Shown here: one piece after another, positions 1 to 9,036 of the stretch
Layout of the letters: every line of letters begins with the position of its first letter
Position numbering within the stretch: the stretch's first letter is position 1
DNA from: a virus
Taxonomy: Duplodnaviria; Caudoviricetes
Virus record (IMG/VR): IMGVR_UViG_3300046002_000554
Location: 1 to 30,033 of that record
Reading direction: 5' to 3' (one strand)
Length of the DNA stretch: 30,033 nucleotides
Notes under the pieces: model-generated
The model's input: only the letters and a program-made list of their open reading frames with translations
What the model was told of the DNA's origin: nothing
The model's database searches: none
Position numbers and translations under genes: made by a program

Positions 1-3000
1 CACAACGAATGTAGAGCGACGCTTGATAACGGTAGCAGTCTGTGTGATCGTAAACGTTCTTACAAGTCCACAAGATGCAGTAATTGTAAGAGTGGCAGTA
101 CGAGAAACACCTGTGTTGTTGGCGGCGATATCTGCCTCTACGTCTTGGTTTCCAGTGCCGCTAGATGGAGCTACAGTCATCCATGCCGGTATGTTTGTGA
201 TAACCCATCCAGAATTGGACTGTATGTCAAAGATATTCTTGGTTTGGCCCGACTTGTCAACGGTCAAAGAAGAAGGCGTAACGGTCAATTCACAAGGAGA
301 CGCAGTGTCGTCGTTAGACGCGAGCACGTACATCTGATTGTATGGATCAAAAGTTCCGATCTTCTGTCTATTAATACCAGCGATGAACAGGTCCTTGAAC
401 CAGTCTCGCATGCCCTGCATAGATATTTCTTGGATACTATTTCCAGAAATTGATAATGCAACACCACGGCGGGCGTCAGTAAAGAATAAGTTTTCACCCC
501 ACACAGCAAAGCTCTCTGGGTTTAAGCTTATTCCGTATTCTCCTGGAAATGAAATTTGCTTTCCTAAAACTTCCGGGATGCTAACGATAGATCCTCCACC
601 AACAGAGTCGCTGATCAAGTTCTTTTCGTATAGAACAACAGACACTTTGTTTTCTTGGAATACTACCAAGTCGGTATCTCTGGCGTAAAGCTTTTGGATA
701 CTTCCAAAAAACCGGTCCACGTACTTAAAGTTTGCGGTAGACAAGTTGAACTCATTAAGTCTATTGGTGCCCGTGTCCTCGCGGAAAACGCCACTGTATG
801 TCAATCCATTTGTTACCTGCTCTTGCTCGTAGTTCTCAATGGTAGACAACACACGTGGGCTGTACTGCATCAACGAGCCATTGAAGTCGTCTCTGATACG
901 ATCGCTTTCTACGCCGTTTCTAAAGCAAAATGCATTATATACATTATCCAATTGAACCACGGCAGACTTCTTAGTAGATCCAGCCCCGGCACGTGTCTGT
1001 GTTGTTATGTTTCCTTCGTGAAGTCCATTACTAACGCCAAATGTTGCTACTTCATGGTAGATGTCAGCGTCACTAGAATTTGGAACCGTCTCAAGAACTA
1101 CTGGTTCTTCAATCTGTGTAACCGTAAAATCTACAGTGATTGTGGATGGATCGCACTTGACGCCGTCTGTTGCAGGAGTGTTCCCGTATCCCAAAATATA
1201 CATTCTAATAGCACCGTCTTTTGACTGTGTACTAGAGTTCATACCATCTTTTACGAAATAGTCCTTGGACCTTCTAAAGAAAATGCTTTTGTATCCTTTA
1301 TTTTGTCCATCCGCAAACATCACAAAATTAGAGTACGCATTATCCTCAATAAACCACTCCTCAATGTTAGCATAGTTTGATGAAGATATGAATGTTTGTT
1401 TTGGTTGTTTAGAACCACCAACTACTTTTGATTCATCTATGCTGAATGTTATCACAGCTCCAGCTTTGATTTCTAAATCTTCATTGTTGTCTATAAACCC
1501 TGGAACTATAGCACATGATCCAATTGGGTCAGATCCTATTCCAGACGTGTTTGACGCAGCGCCTCCAGTGAAAATAGTTCTGTCTCCAAAATAATTTAAA
1601 CCTCCAACAGATCGGCAATTTATTCTCCAAGAGTCATTAATAACATGACCAGACAAGTTTGAGAATCTAATCGCTACTACATTTGTATTTGTATCATCTT
1701 TTAAGTATTGAATACCTCCGGTAATAGCAACGTTTGATTCTATAACCTTAGACGATCCGAACATAGTATATTTATACGTGTTTTTACCGTCGATTGTCAA
1801 TGTGAATCTTATATCTTTTCTACCGAAGTTATTTACCCAGTTTTTATTGTTCTCAATACCAAGATCATTTACGCCCCTTCCATAAAAAATGGGAGTCTCG
1901 ATAGTTGCGAATCTAAATGTAAGTGGGTTTATGTTATTAAATACACAAGCAAAATTGCCAAATGCTCCAACTTTTTGAGGAACTCCAGTCTTTCCAGAAG
2001 CTGTAACCTTATATGTAAACAAGTTGTCATCGTTAAATGCAACGTTGTTATTTACCTTAATTTTAAGATATACCCCAGATAGGTTTGGCCTTGATGGGTT
2101 ATTTAAGAAATCTTTTTCTTTAACTTCAACCTCAAGAACTTTATACTGCTCTGCACTATAAGTAATTCCTAAAGGATCCGCCTTTATTACTATATAATCA
2201 TTGGCCTTTACTTTATCTACGTCCGACTCGTTTATTAACATGTAAACGAAAGGTCCGTCTGTATAGAATATTGTTGGATATATATTGTAATATGCCCCCT
2301 TATTCTGCTTAATCATTACGCGATACTTCGTAGCAAACGCAGGAGCTTCGTTGTTTATTGTAAGCAACAGCTTGTTTCCTGTGTCAGAGTTTTCTGGACC
2401 AATGTATACGGAGTTTTCTACAGACGTAAGCACCGTGCTCATGCGTCCATATCCGTCAACATAAGAGATACCAATCTCGTAGTCTCTGTCGCTTCGCATG
2501 GTCTTTACTGGCTCTCCAATAACATATTCTGTAGATAATTTGCTTTCTGGAACTACGTCAACGCCATAGTTCATGGTGATTGCTCCGCCAGCTATGTCTA
2601 CAATATTGTAGAACTGTGTGTAGTTTCCATATACCAAACGACTTCCGATAAGCTCTTGAGCCTTCGCCTTCAACGGAACGTTATCGAACAAACGCGTTAG
2701 TTGGTTAGCAGGAAGAACGCTGTAGATTTTATTGTTTGAGAATGATCTAAATGTAGCTATGTTTCCAGAACGACTCACATAACTTATCTTGTTGTTCCAA
2801 ATATCTTCTCTAGAAAAGCTATCAATAACATTTATGTTAAGTCCAGACGAGTCTCTGAATACAAGCTGTATCTCTTTTACAATGTCAGACCCGATGTCAA
2901 ACGACACGTCAGCTGAGTTGTAGAAGTTAACCATAGACTTGTTTACGCCAGTCCCGTAGTCGTACTGAAAGTCTTTTGGAAAGAATGCAACCTCAGAGAA

Positions 3001-3660
3001 TGGAGCCAACGAGCTATACTCGTTGTTCTGATACTTGTACCTGTAAGAGAAGTACAAGAACTTGTCGGTCATGTTGTTCGTGTCAGTCCCGTCAGTCTTC
3101 AACGCGATTGTAGGCGCTGTCAACGGTGGTTTTACGATAACATTGATCTCTTCTTCTGTAAAATTATTGTATGGGTAGTATGTTTTGGTATCAATTCTGC
3201 GTGGAGGATTGAGTCCGTCCGTCCAGAACAAAAGGTCACTGATGTAGTTTACACCGGTGATCAAGTACTGAGTGTTGAAGTTGAGAACATTCGCAGCACC
3301 GGCTCTTGCGTCCATCGCAATTATAGAGGTCAGTCCAGTTAGTTCGTTGTATGATGCAATAATGCTACCAGAGTTATACTTAACGAACCAAAAAATCAAG
3401 AACTCAGCGGGTACAGATATTGCACCAATAGTCTTTGCCCCGGTTAGAACTAGTGAGGAGTTACCAGAAAATGTCTTAGCAGCTGCGAGCAAGTCGCCCA
3501 TCTTGGTGTTACCAAGTTCATTCGACAGAGCACCAACGTCTGACCCCTCGGACGTGCCGATGGTAACGTTCATTGCATCTCTGTACTGTCCATCTGGAAC
3601 CAGGCGCTCGTCCAGGTCCTTGTTCATTATACCAGCTACTAGGCTTCTCTTTAACTCCAT
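1..3660 (-). CDS. Tail stabilisation/muzzle protein (P22 gp10-like, crAss-like type), 3' end beyond the window; BACON-like insert near 37-291
   Basis: Not in the ORF track because there is no stop in the window. ATG at 3660-3658 overlaps the upstream TAA. Hand translation starts MELKRSLVAGIMNKDLDERLVPDGQYRDAMNVTIGTSEGSDVGALSNELGN, the N-terminal motif typical of this family. The same frame reads GMRDWFKDLF...FDPYNQMYVL near 420-320 and is open to base 1. Confidence 0.85.
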   Translation of the reverse strand, partial: MELKRSLVAGIMNKDLDERLVPDGQYRDAMNVTIGTSEGSDVGALSNELGNTKMGDLLAAAKTFSGNSSLVLTGAKTIGAISVPAEFLIFWFVKYNSGSIIASYNELTGLTSIIAMDARAGAANVLNFNTQYLITGVNYISDLLFWTDGLNPPRRIDTKTYYPYNNFTEEEINVIVKPPLTAPTIALKTDGTDTNNMTDKFLYFSYRYKYQNNEYSSLAPFSEVAFFPKDFQYDYGTGVNKSMVNFYNSADVSFDIGSDIVKEIQLVFRDSSGLNINVIDSFSREDIWNNKISYVSRSGNIATFRSFSNNKIYSVLPANQLTRLFDNVPLKAKAQELIGSRLVYGNYTQFYNIVDIAGGAITMNYGVDVVPESKLSTEYVIGEPVKTMRSDRDYEIGISYVDGYGRMSTVLTSVENSVYIGPENSDTGNKLLLTINNEAPAFATKYRVMIKQNKGAYYNIYPTIFYTDGPFVYMLINESDVDKVKANDYIVIKADPLGITYSAEQYKVLEVEVKEKDFLNNPSRPNLSGVYLKIKVNNNVAFNDDNLFTYKVTASGKTGVPQKVGAFGNFACVFNNINPLTFRFATIETPIFYGRGVNDLGIENNKNWVNNFGRKDIRFTLTIDGKNTYKYTMFGSSKVIESNVAITGGIQYLKDDTNTNVVAIRFSNLSGHVINDSWRINCRSVGGLNYFGDRTIFTGGAASNTSGIGSDPIGSCAIVPGFIDNNEDLEIKAGAVITFSIDESKVVGGSKQPKQTFISSSNYANIEEWFIEDNAYSNFVMFADGQNKGYKSIFFRRSKDYFVKDGMNSSTQSKDGAIRMYILGYGNTPATDGVKCDPSTITVDFTVTQIEEPVVLETVPNSSDADIYHEVATFGVSNGLHEGNITTQTRAGAGSTKKSAVVQLDNVYNAFCFRNGVESDRIRDDFNGSLMQYSPRVLSTIENYEQEQVTNGLTYSGVFREDTGTNRLNEFNLSTANFKYVDRFFGSIQKLYARDTDLVVFQENKVSVVLYEKNLISDSVGGGSIVSIPEVLGKQISFPGEYGISLNPESFAVWGENLFFTDARRGVALSISGNSIQEISMQGMRDWFKDLFIAGINRQKIGTFDPYNQMYVLASNDDTASPCELTVTPSSLTVDKSGQTKNIFDIQSNSGWVITNIPAWMTVAPSSGTGNQDVEADIAANNTGVSRTATLTITASCGLVRTFTITQTATVIKRRSTFVV

Positions 3661-4559
3661 TACTTGATCCAGTTATCTTGGTTTCTCAATACCATTAAAA
3701 TGCGTCCAGCGCTGATGTTGGACAATCGAATTTTAGCGTTTCTAAGCATCGCTGACTTCTCTTCTCTCGCACGTTTCACAACGTACTCTTGAACGCCAAC
3801 CTTGTTGTTCAAAACAGCCCACTTGATGTAAGCGTAGATGAACTCCTCTGCAAGTTTGTTGACCTTCACGGCGTCATCGTCGCCATTCTCAAGACCATCA
3901 GAGATGTACTCAATAACGACCAATTTATTGCTCATGCCAGAACTGAAGTTGATAACTCCGGCAGACTTGTCAATTCTGAATGTTGGGTTGATGTTCGCAG
4001 CTTCTGCGTTTAGACCAAACCATCCGCCAAGGCTGTAGTTGAAGTACCAGTACCCATCTACGTTCCATCCCCAACGTCCATTGGCCCAGCCCTCTCCGTA
4101 GAAGACGTCGTATGGGTACCCTTGGATGCGCTTGATGTCAAGCTCTGAGGTTCCTGTAATTACGTTTCCAGATTGGTCGTACAACACGTTGTCGTTAGAG
4201 TCCTTCAAGTATGCCTGTGCGTAGTTGACAGTCGCGTTCTCATGCAACGTGTACAACACGCCCTCGACCTCCATAGAGATCCTAGCGTAGTTCACGTAGT
4301 CTGGAGGCAACACCAATGTCAAGTCGGCTCCAACGTTTAGCTCTAGAACTTTTATGTTTCTAGCCGCGTCGTAGTTCAGCTCTTGGATTGCACGCTTTGC
4401 ATGAAAGAGTGCATTGTATCTGTTCAGCGTTCCGATCAGCTTGTCGTCGCCAACGTACATCAACATGAAGTTGTTGACGATGTCGGCCAAAGACACGTAC
4501 TGATAGTCTCCGCTGTTATTTGGGTCAGAGTAGTATGCTTGGTTAGTTATGTATGCCAT
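3660..4559 (-). CDS. Tail ring/tubular (head-tail connector) protein, 299 aa
   Basis: Motif FHAKRAIQELNYD...LPPDYVNY...EYISDGL...KLAEEFIYAYI is typical of crAss-like ring proteins; lies between the adaptor and the stabilisation protein; TAATG coupling at both ends. Confidence 0.75.
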   Translation of the reverse strand: MAYITNQAYYSDPNNSGDYQYVSLADIVNNFMLMYVGDDKLIGTLNRYNALFHAKRAIQELNYDAARNIKVLELNVGADLTLVLPPDYVNYARISMEVEGVLYTLHENATVNYAQAYLKDSNDNVLYDQSGNVITGTSELDIKRIQGYPYDVFYGEGWANGRWGWNVDGYWYFNYSLGGWFGLNAEAANINPTFRIDKSAGVINFSSGMSNKLVVIEYISDGLENGDDDAVKVNKLAEEFIYAYIKWAVLNNKVGVQEYVVKRAREEKSAMLRNAKIRLSNISAGRILMVLRNQDNWIK

Positions 4560-5251
4560 TAGCTTTGCTTAGTTTGTTCTGCGTTGTCTGATCCTGTGGC
4601 GAACTGCACTACTTCAGCTTCACGAATATTCACGCCTGCGTATGACAAGATCTTGAAAACTAAGTCGTTTTGTTCGCTTTGCGGAAGCTCAAAGTCTTGA
4701 TAGTCAACAGCTGACTGGTTGAATATAGGCGAGCCTCCCACGACAGTATATGTCCACTTAGGATCAAGAGGGTAGCGAACATACATCGCGCTGACGCTAC
4801 TTGTGATCGATGCCGGGTAAACCTTAATATCATCTCCTTTTTGGTAATATGCTGGATAGGCTGTGGTTGGTGCGGTGATGTTTGAACTCAGCAAGTTCAT
4901 CACCTTGTTCTGGGCCACATATTCAATTTCTTTAGTGCCGAATAGTACAACATTAACGTAATACCAGTCAGCAGGAAGGGCAAACGATTGAGAAGGAGCA
5001 TCGTATACCAGAGTAGATGACGTAGAGAATTCATCAATTGTTTCTGCAATGTTTTTTTGAATGTTGGCGTAGCCATCATTTGCCAGTCTGGCGTTTCTTT
5101 TATTTACCCAGTTGGTGTAGTCGTAAAAGTACTGCTCAAAGATTTCAAGCTGTGCTTGCTTGGCAAATAAGTTGAACTCCTCCGGCGTAATATAACCGTT
5201 GTTATCCTTATTGAGGATAGCCATAACAGTATTTCTTACGGTGTTTATCAT
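4559..5251 (-). CDS. Tail tubular/adaptor ring protein (P22 gp4-like), 230 aa; start corrected to 5251
   Basis: MINTVRNTVMAILNKDNNGYITPEEFNLFAKQAQLEIF...P.W.Y...DFELP motif; the track's upstream extension runs through a terminator and a promoter. Confidence 0.75.
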   Translation of the reverse strand: MINTVRNTVMAILNKDNNGYITPEEFNLFAKQAQLEIFEQYFYDYTNWVNKRNARLANDGYANIQKNIAETIDEFSTSSTLVYDAPSQSFALPADWYYVNVVLFGTKEIEYVAQNKVMNLLSSNITAPTTAYPAYYQKGDDIKVYPASITSSVSAMYVRYPLDPKWTYTVVGGSPIFNQSAVDYQDFELPQSEQNDLVFKILSYAGVNIREAEVVQFATGSDNAEQTKQS

Positions 5252-5258
5252 GTCCTCA

Positions 5259-5266
5259 CAAAGATA
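5259..5266 (-). promoter_or_regulatory. Bacteroidota -7 promoter box TATCTTTG
   Basis: Matches TAnnTTTG; 7 nt before ATG 5251. Confidence 0.7.
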
Positions 5267-5268
5267 AC

Positions 5269-5299
5269 AAAAAAAGGCCACCCCTTGCGAGATGGCCTT
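5269..5299 (-). terminator. Intrinsic terminator
   Basis: Minus strand GGCCATCTC-GCAA-GGGGTGGCC followed by T7. Confidence 0.85.
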
Positions 5300-5319
5300 A
5301 TTTCAAATAGTTTTAATGG

Positions 5320-5601
5320 TTACGCTACAGCAATTCCACTAACTGCGTATGGAAGGTTTGATACAGTGTACGCAACATTAGTCCAAGAAGTCTGCAAAGC
5401 AGCAACTACGGCGTTTTGAATTGCGTCACGCTCTGTTTCGTCTCCAGCGCCAGCAGTGGCATGTGTAAGTGTAACCACTTTGCCGCCACCATAAGTGACA
5501 GTAACGGTGGTTGTAGAGGCTTGTTCAATCAAAATGATTCCTGTAGCCTGAACTAGCTGATTTTGTTCGCTAGTAACTGGGATGCTTAAAAATTTCTCCA
5601 T
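5320..5601 (-). CDS. Small beta-rich virion protein (possible decoration protein), 93 aa
   Basis: T/A/V-rich ORF within the head-tail cluster, with its own TATATTTG box (5606-5613) 4 nt upstream and a terminator downstream; function inferred. Confidence 0.65.
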   Translation of the reverse strand: MEKFLSIPVTSEQNQLVQATGIILIEQASTTTVTVTYGGGKVVTLTHATAGAGDETERDAIQNAVVAALQTSWTNVAYTVSNLPYAVSGIAVA

Positions 5602-5620
5602 ACAACAAATATACGAATAA

Positions 5621-6361
5621 TTACGATAATTTATTCTTCACAACTTCAGCAACTGGCAATCCCTCTTCGCTTTCAAAGTATACGGTCAACGCAGACACTG
5701 CGTCATCTCCTGGCTGTAAGTTCATTAACTTTCGCTTATTTCCAGGAATGTTAAACCAGATCTCTCTGTTGTTGTTACGCAATGTAAACATTCCCGCGTC
5801 CAAAGCTCTTGACGCCATGGCTGTGTCTTGCAAGTCTGGATCTGCTACCATCTCTAAGAACTCTTTTGGATACTGTCTAGCGTACAATAAGATGTCTCTC
5901 TTGATTTCTGGTGTGGTCATTGTGTCAATAACGCCACCATACAATAATTGAGCGATAGACAACATGGTTTCTAACTCCAAGTTTCTGGCGGCAATCTGTG
6001 CGTCCAACTCAATATTGAGTTCTTCGATGTCCTTAGCAGCCTCTTTCTCTGTGTTAAGCTCTCTAAATACGTCTCCATTCAATGGGTGTAAGTCCATGAA
6101 TTTACTAAGCATTGGATTGTTTGATGATACAATTAATACACCATCTTCAAAGATGATTGGTTCCAAAATCGCCTTGTCGTCCTGTTCATCCTCGAACACT
6201 GACTTTTGATTTCTAGAGTAACGAAGTGCTCGGTTTGCGGTTCCGTCAAAGTGCAACAAAGAAAAACGCTTGGTGTTTCTCGAAGGCAACGTGTAGCTCA
6301 ATGGAGCTTTGTCTTTTGTAAGGATGAATACTCGATCCTTTAGCTGATTTGATTGTTTCAT
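5621..6361 (-). CDS. Conserved hypothetical protein downstream of the major capsid gene, 246 aa; start corrected to 6361
   Basis: MKQSNQLKDRVF...RALRYSRNQKSVFEDEQD...EIKRDILLYAR; promoter box at 6383-6390; the track extension overlaps the terminator and capsid gene. Confidence 0.8.
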   Translation of the reverse strand: MKQSNQLKDRVFILTKDKAPLSYTLPSRNTKRFSLLHFDGTANRALRYSRNQKSVFEDEQDDKAILEPIIFEDGVLIVSSNNPMLSKFMDLHPLNGDVFRELNTEKEAAKDIEELNIELDAQIAARNLELETMLSIAQLLYGGVIDTMTTPEIKRDILLYARQYPKEFLEMVADPDLQDTAMASRALDAGMFTLRNNNREIWFNIPGNKRKLMNLQPGDDAVSALTVYFESEEGLPVAEVVKNKLS

Positions 6362-6392
6362 AATTTGATTTGATTTACGGTACAAATATAAA

Positions 6393-6423
6393 CAAAAAGG
6401 GTGAGTACATTGTACCCACCCTT
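6393..6423 (-). terminator. Intrinsic terminator after the major capsid gene
   Basis: Minus strand AAGGGTGGGTAC-AAT-GTACTCACCCTT followed by TTTGTTT. Confidence 0.85.
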
Positions 6424-6444
6424 CTGTGATAATCTTGGTTAAGA

Positions 6445-7845
6445 TTAAGCGGTCTTGAACAAGAAGAAGTTGTTCGCGCCCAATGTGCACAATGCACGCT
6501 CAGACAAGAAGTTAACTCTCATTGCATCCAAATCGCTAGTAGAAGCACCACCGGCAGAACCAGTAATCCAAGTCTTGTAGCGACGGTTCTCAGTTTCGCT
6601 AGCGCGGTAACGAACGTGCAAGAAAGGACGCTTAGCGTTCTTACCCAACACCATGTCGTAAACGCTAGTAGAACCAGCAGGAACCAACACACCATTAACT
6701 TCACCACCAACGATACCACCGCGCAAAGTTGCGTCGTTCAAGTATTTCCAGTCGGTTTTGTAGAAGTCATAGCCACGCTTGAAGCCTTTGAAGCCCAAGT
6801 TCAATGCCATGTTCTCGTCGTTGTTGAACACACCGTAGCTAGTTCCGTTAACGCCGTAGCTGTTTTGGGTAGACAACATATCATCGATGTCGAAACCGAA
6901 GTTACGGTTAACGAACAACATGTTCTCTTGGATAGAACCTTGCTTGTCCAAACGCTGAATGATTGCGTCGAAGTCAGCCAAGGTGCTTGGGTTACCACCA
7001 CCCCAAACGTTTCCACGCTGTTCGATAGTGTAGAACAAACCGTCGGTACCCTTGTTTCCTACGTCACCGGTAGCTGCGATAGCGCCAGAAGCGGTTTCAG
7101 CAGGAACACCTTCGATCATAGCCATTTCCAAGTAGTCCTCGAAACGCAAACGAGTTTCGTGCTCAGACTTGATGTACCACAAGTAGCCAGTTGCACCATT
7201 CTCAGTAGTAACTTCTACCCATCCGATCTGAGCCATGTCAGAACCAGATACTTCGTAGTTGTCCTTAATGATGATAGGGCTGTTGTCAAAGATTGAATCT
7301 TCAGCCTCCAAAGAGCCAGCCATTCCATTGCTGCCCTTTTTAAACTCAGAACCGTAAACAAATGCAGTAGAAGTAGTTGATACAGGAATAGTTTGACCAC
7401 CAGCAGCGTAGTAAGCTACAGTGAAAGTCAATCCAGATACTGCGGTGATGATAGCTTTATCGCTTTGGGTACCACCAGCATTGCGAGACAAGAACACAGT
7501 CTGACCTACGCGGAAGTTACAGGCAGTAATGCCTGAGTCAGCAACTGTCCAAGTAGCGGTGTCAGAAGCAGCAGCAGCAGCAGAAGTACAGCTTACATAC
7601 TTGGTATGCAAACGACCTTGCTCTGCCCACTTAATCAAGTCAGAGTTAGAAGGCATCTCAGCACCTACTTGGCGCAAGAAAGATGCGATAGAGCGATTAC
7701 CGTAACGCTCGAATTCCTTCTCGTAAGTATCAGGAAGATACTGATTCAAGAAATCGAAGTTGGTAATGTAATTTGAAGGCAAAGTTGCCTTAACGGATGA
7801 GGGGGTTATAGCAAACCCGGGACTCACTTGAACTGATCCAGCCAT
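6445..7845 (-). CDS. Major capsid protein, 466 aa
   Basis: QYLPDTYEKEFERYGNR, WAEQGRLH, GYDFYKTDWKYLND, FLHVRYR, FLSERAL motifs; size and position after portal and scaffold; very A-rich leader and biased codon usage. Confidence 0.88.
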   Translation of the reverse strand: MAGSVQVSPGFAITPSSVKATLPSNYITNFDFLNQYLPDTYEKEFERYGNRSIASFLRQVGAEMPSNSDLIKWAEQGRLHTKYVSCTSAAAAASDTATWTVADSGITACNFRVGQTVFLSRNAGGTQSDKAIITAVSGLTFTVAYYAAGGQTIPVSTTSTAFVYGSEFKKGSNGMAGSLEAEDSIFDNSPIIIKDNYEVSGSDMAQIGWVEVTTENGATGYLWYIKSEHETRLRFEDYLEMAMIEGVPAETASGAIAATGDVGNKGTDGLFYTIEQRGNVWGGGNPSTLADFDAIIQRLDKQGSIQENMLFVNRNFGFDIDDMLSTQNSYGVNGTSYGVFNNDENMALNLGFKGFKRGYDFYKTDWKYLNDATLRGGIVGGEVNGVLVPAGSTSVYDMVLGKNAKRPFLHVRYRASETENRRYKTWITGSAGGASTSDLDAMRVNFLSERALCTLGANNFFLFKTA

Positions 7846-7868
7846 AGTTTTGTTTTTTTAGTTTTTTG

Positions 7869-8990
7869 TTATCTGTTACTCATTTTTATCTTGAGCCCAC
7901 TTCCGTGGTCAGAGTCCAAAGCAACAACTTTGAAACCAGTTGTAGGCGTGAGCTGTGGTGCCGACCGAACGTCCATTTGGATATTCTTTGACTCCTTCGC
8001 TACACTGTCTACTGCTGCGGCTCTGCCTTGCTCATAAAAGTGCTTGGCAAAACTGTCTGGGTTCATCGCTACTGCGATAGCTCTGTGGTATGCAGCTGGG
8101 TCTTTAATGAATCCTTTCTCGTCTAAGAAAGAACCAATAAACTTGCTTACGTCAGATTGAGCCTTCTTCAGTTGTTCTGGACTGCTAGGTTTAAACGAGA
8201 GAGACTTGTCGTCGATCTTAAATTCAAAACCTTTGAACTGATCGCTGAAAAGCTCGTCTGTCTTCTTAGCAAAGAACTCTGAGCGCTCTAACTGAGCCTT
8301 CTGCACTTCCTCGGATTCTTGAGCATATCTTTTGAAGTCCTCGTACATACTTTTCTCTTCGTCAGAAACTAAGCCACCCCTTGACTCAACGGGTACCTTG
8401 TACTGTTCCTTCAGTTTGTTGAAGTAGTCTTTGGCCTTTGCAAGATCTTTTTTCATTGCTAGCTTCTTCTTCTTAACGTCTTTTGGATCGTCAAGGTCTT
8501 CATCAAAGTCGTACCGAGTCTCGATTTCGTACTTTACGTCTTCGTCGTCATACTCTGGATTCTCCTGTTTGATGAATTCAGCTAGCAGTTGATTTGCAGG
8601 AACATCATCGTAGTTCTTATTCAACTGAATAAAATCTTCGATTCCTCGTCCGGTCTCTTTCTTGTATTTCAAGAACGCAGACACGTCTTCTGGTAGTTCC
8701 TCCGCCTCTTTTCTCGCCTCGAACAAATCGTCAACTGAGTTGATTTCTTTGTTGTACCGATTCTTTAAATATGTAAGAACGTCTGTATCTTCTAGCTCCT
8801 TGGCTTGCGCCTCGGTACTTTCGATCTTTTCTGTTGTCCCGTCAGCTGCCACTACTGTGGTCTCTACCGGGGCTTCTTCAGAAGACAAGCCATGCTTCTC
8901 TTCGTGCTCTTTCAGAAGTTGTGCTTCGATTTCTTGAACAGATTTCTGTTCCTCGAAGGCTACTTCCTTTACTTTGAATTCATTTTCCAT
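7869..8990 (-). CDS. Putative capsid scaffolding protein, 373 aa
   Basis: Very acidic, helical; FAKHFYEQG motif near the C-terminus; between portal and major capsid genes. Confidence 0.65.
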   Translation of the reverse strand: MENEFKVKEVAFEEQKSVQEIEAQLLKEHEEKHGLSSEEAPVETTVVAADGTTEKIESTEAQAKELEDTDVLTYLKNRYNKEINSVDDLFEARKEAEELPEDVSAFLKYKKETGRGIEDFIQLNKNYDDVPANQLLAEFIKQENPEYDDEDVKYEIETRYDFDEDLDDPKDVKKKKLAMKKDLAKAKDYFNKLKEQYKVPVESRGGLVSDEEKSMYEDFKRYAQESEEVQKAQLERSEFFAKKTDELFSDQFKGFEFKIDDKSLSFKPSSPEQLKKAQSDVSKFIGSFLDEKGFIKDPAAYHRAIAVAMNPDSFAKHFYEQGRAAAVDSVAKESKNIQMDVRSAPQLTPTTGFKVVALDSDHGSGLKIKMSNR

Positions 8991-9036
8991 ATAAGATTTG
9001 ATTTTACGTCACAAATTTACGAATAAATGTGACACG

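Noticed and set aside
23-3667. Plus-strand ORFs of 66-189 aa in the first 3.7 kb
   Set aside because: Antisense shadows of the long minus-strand tail stabilisation gene; no motifs or start signals.
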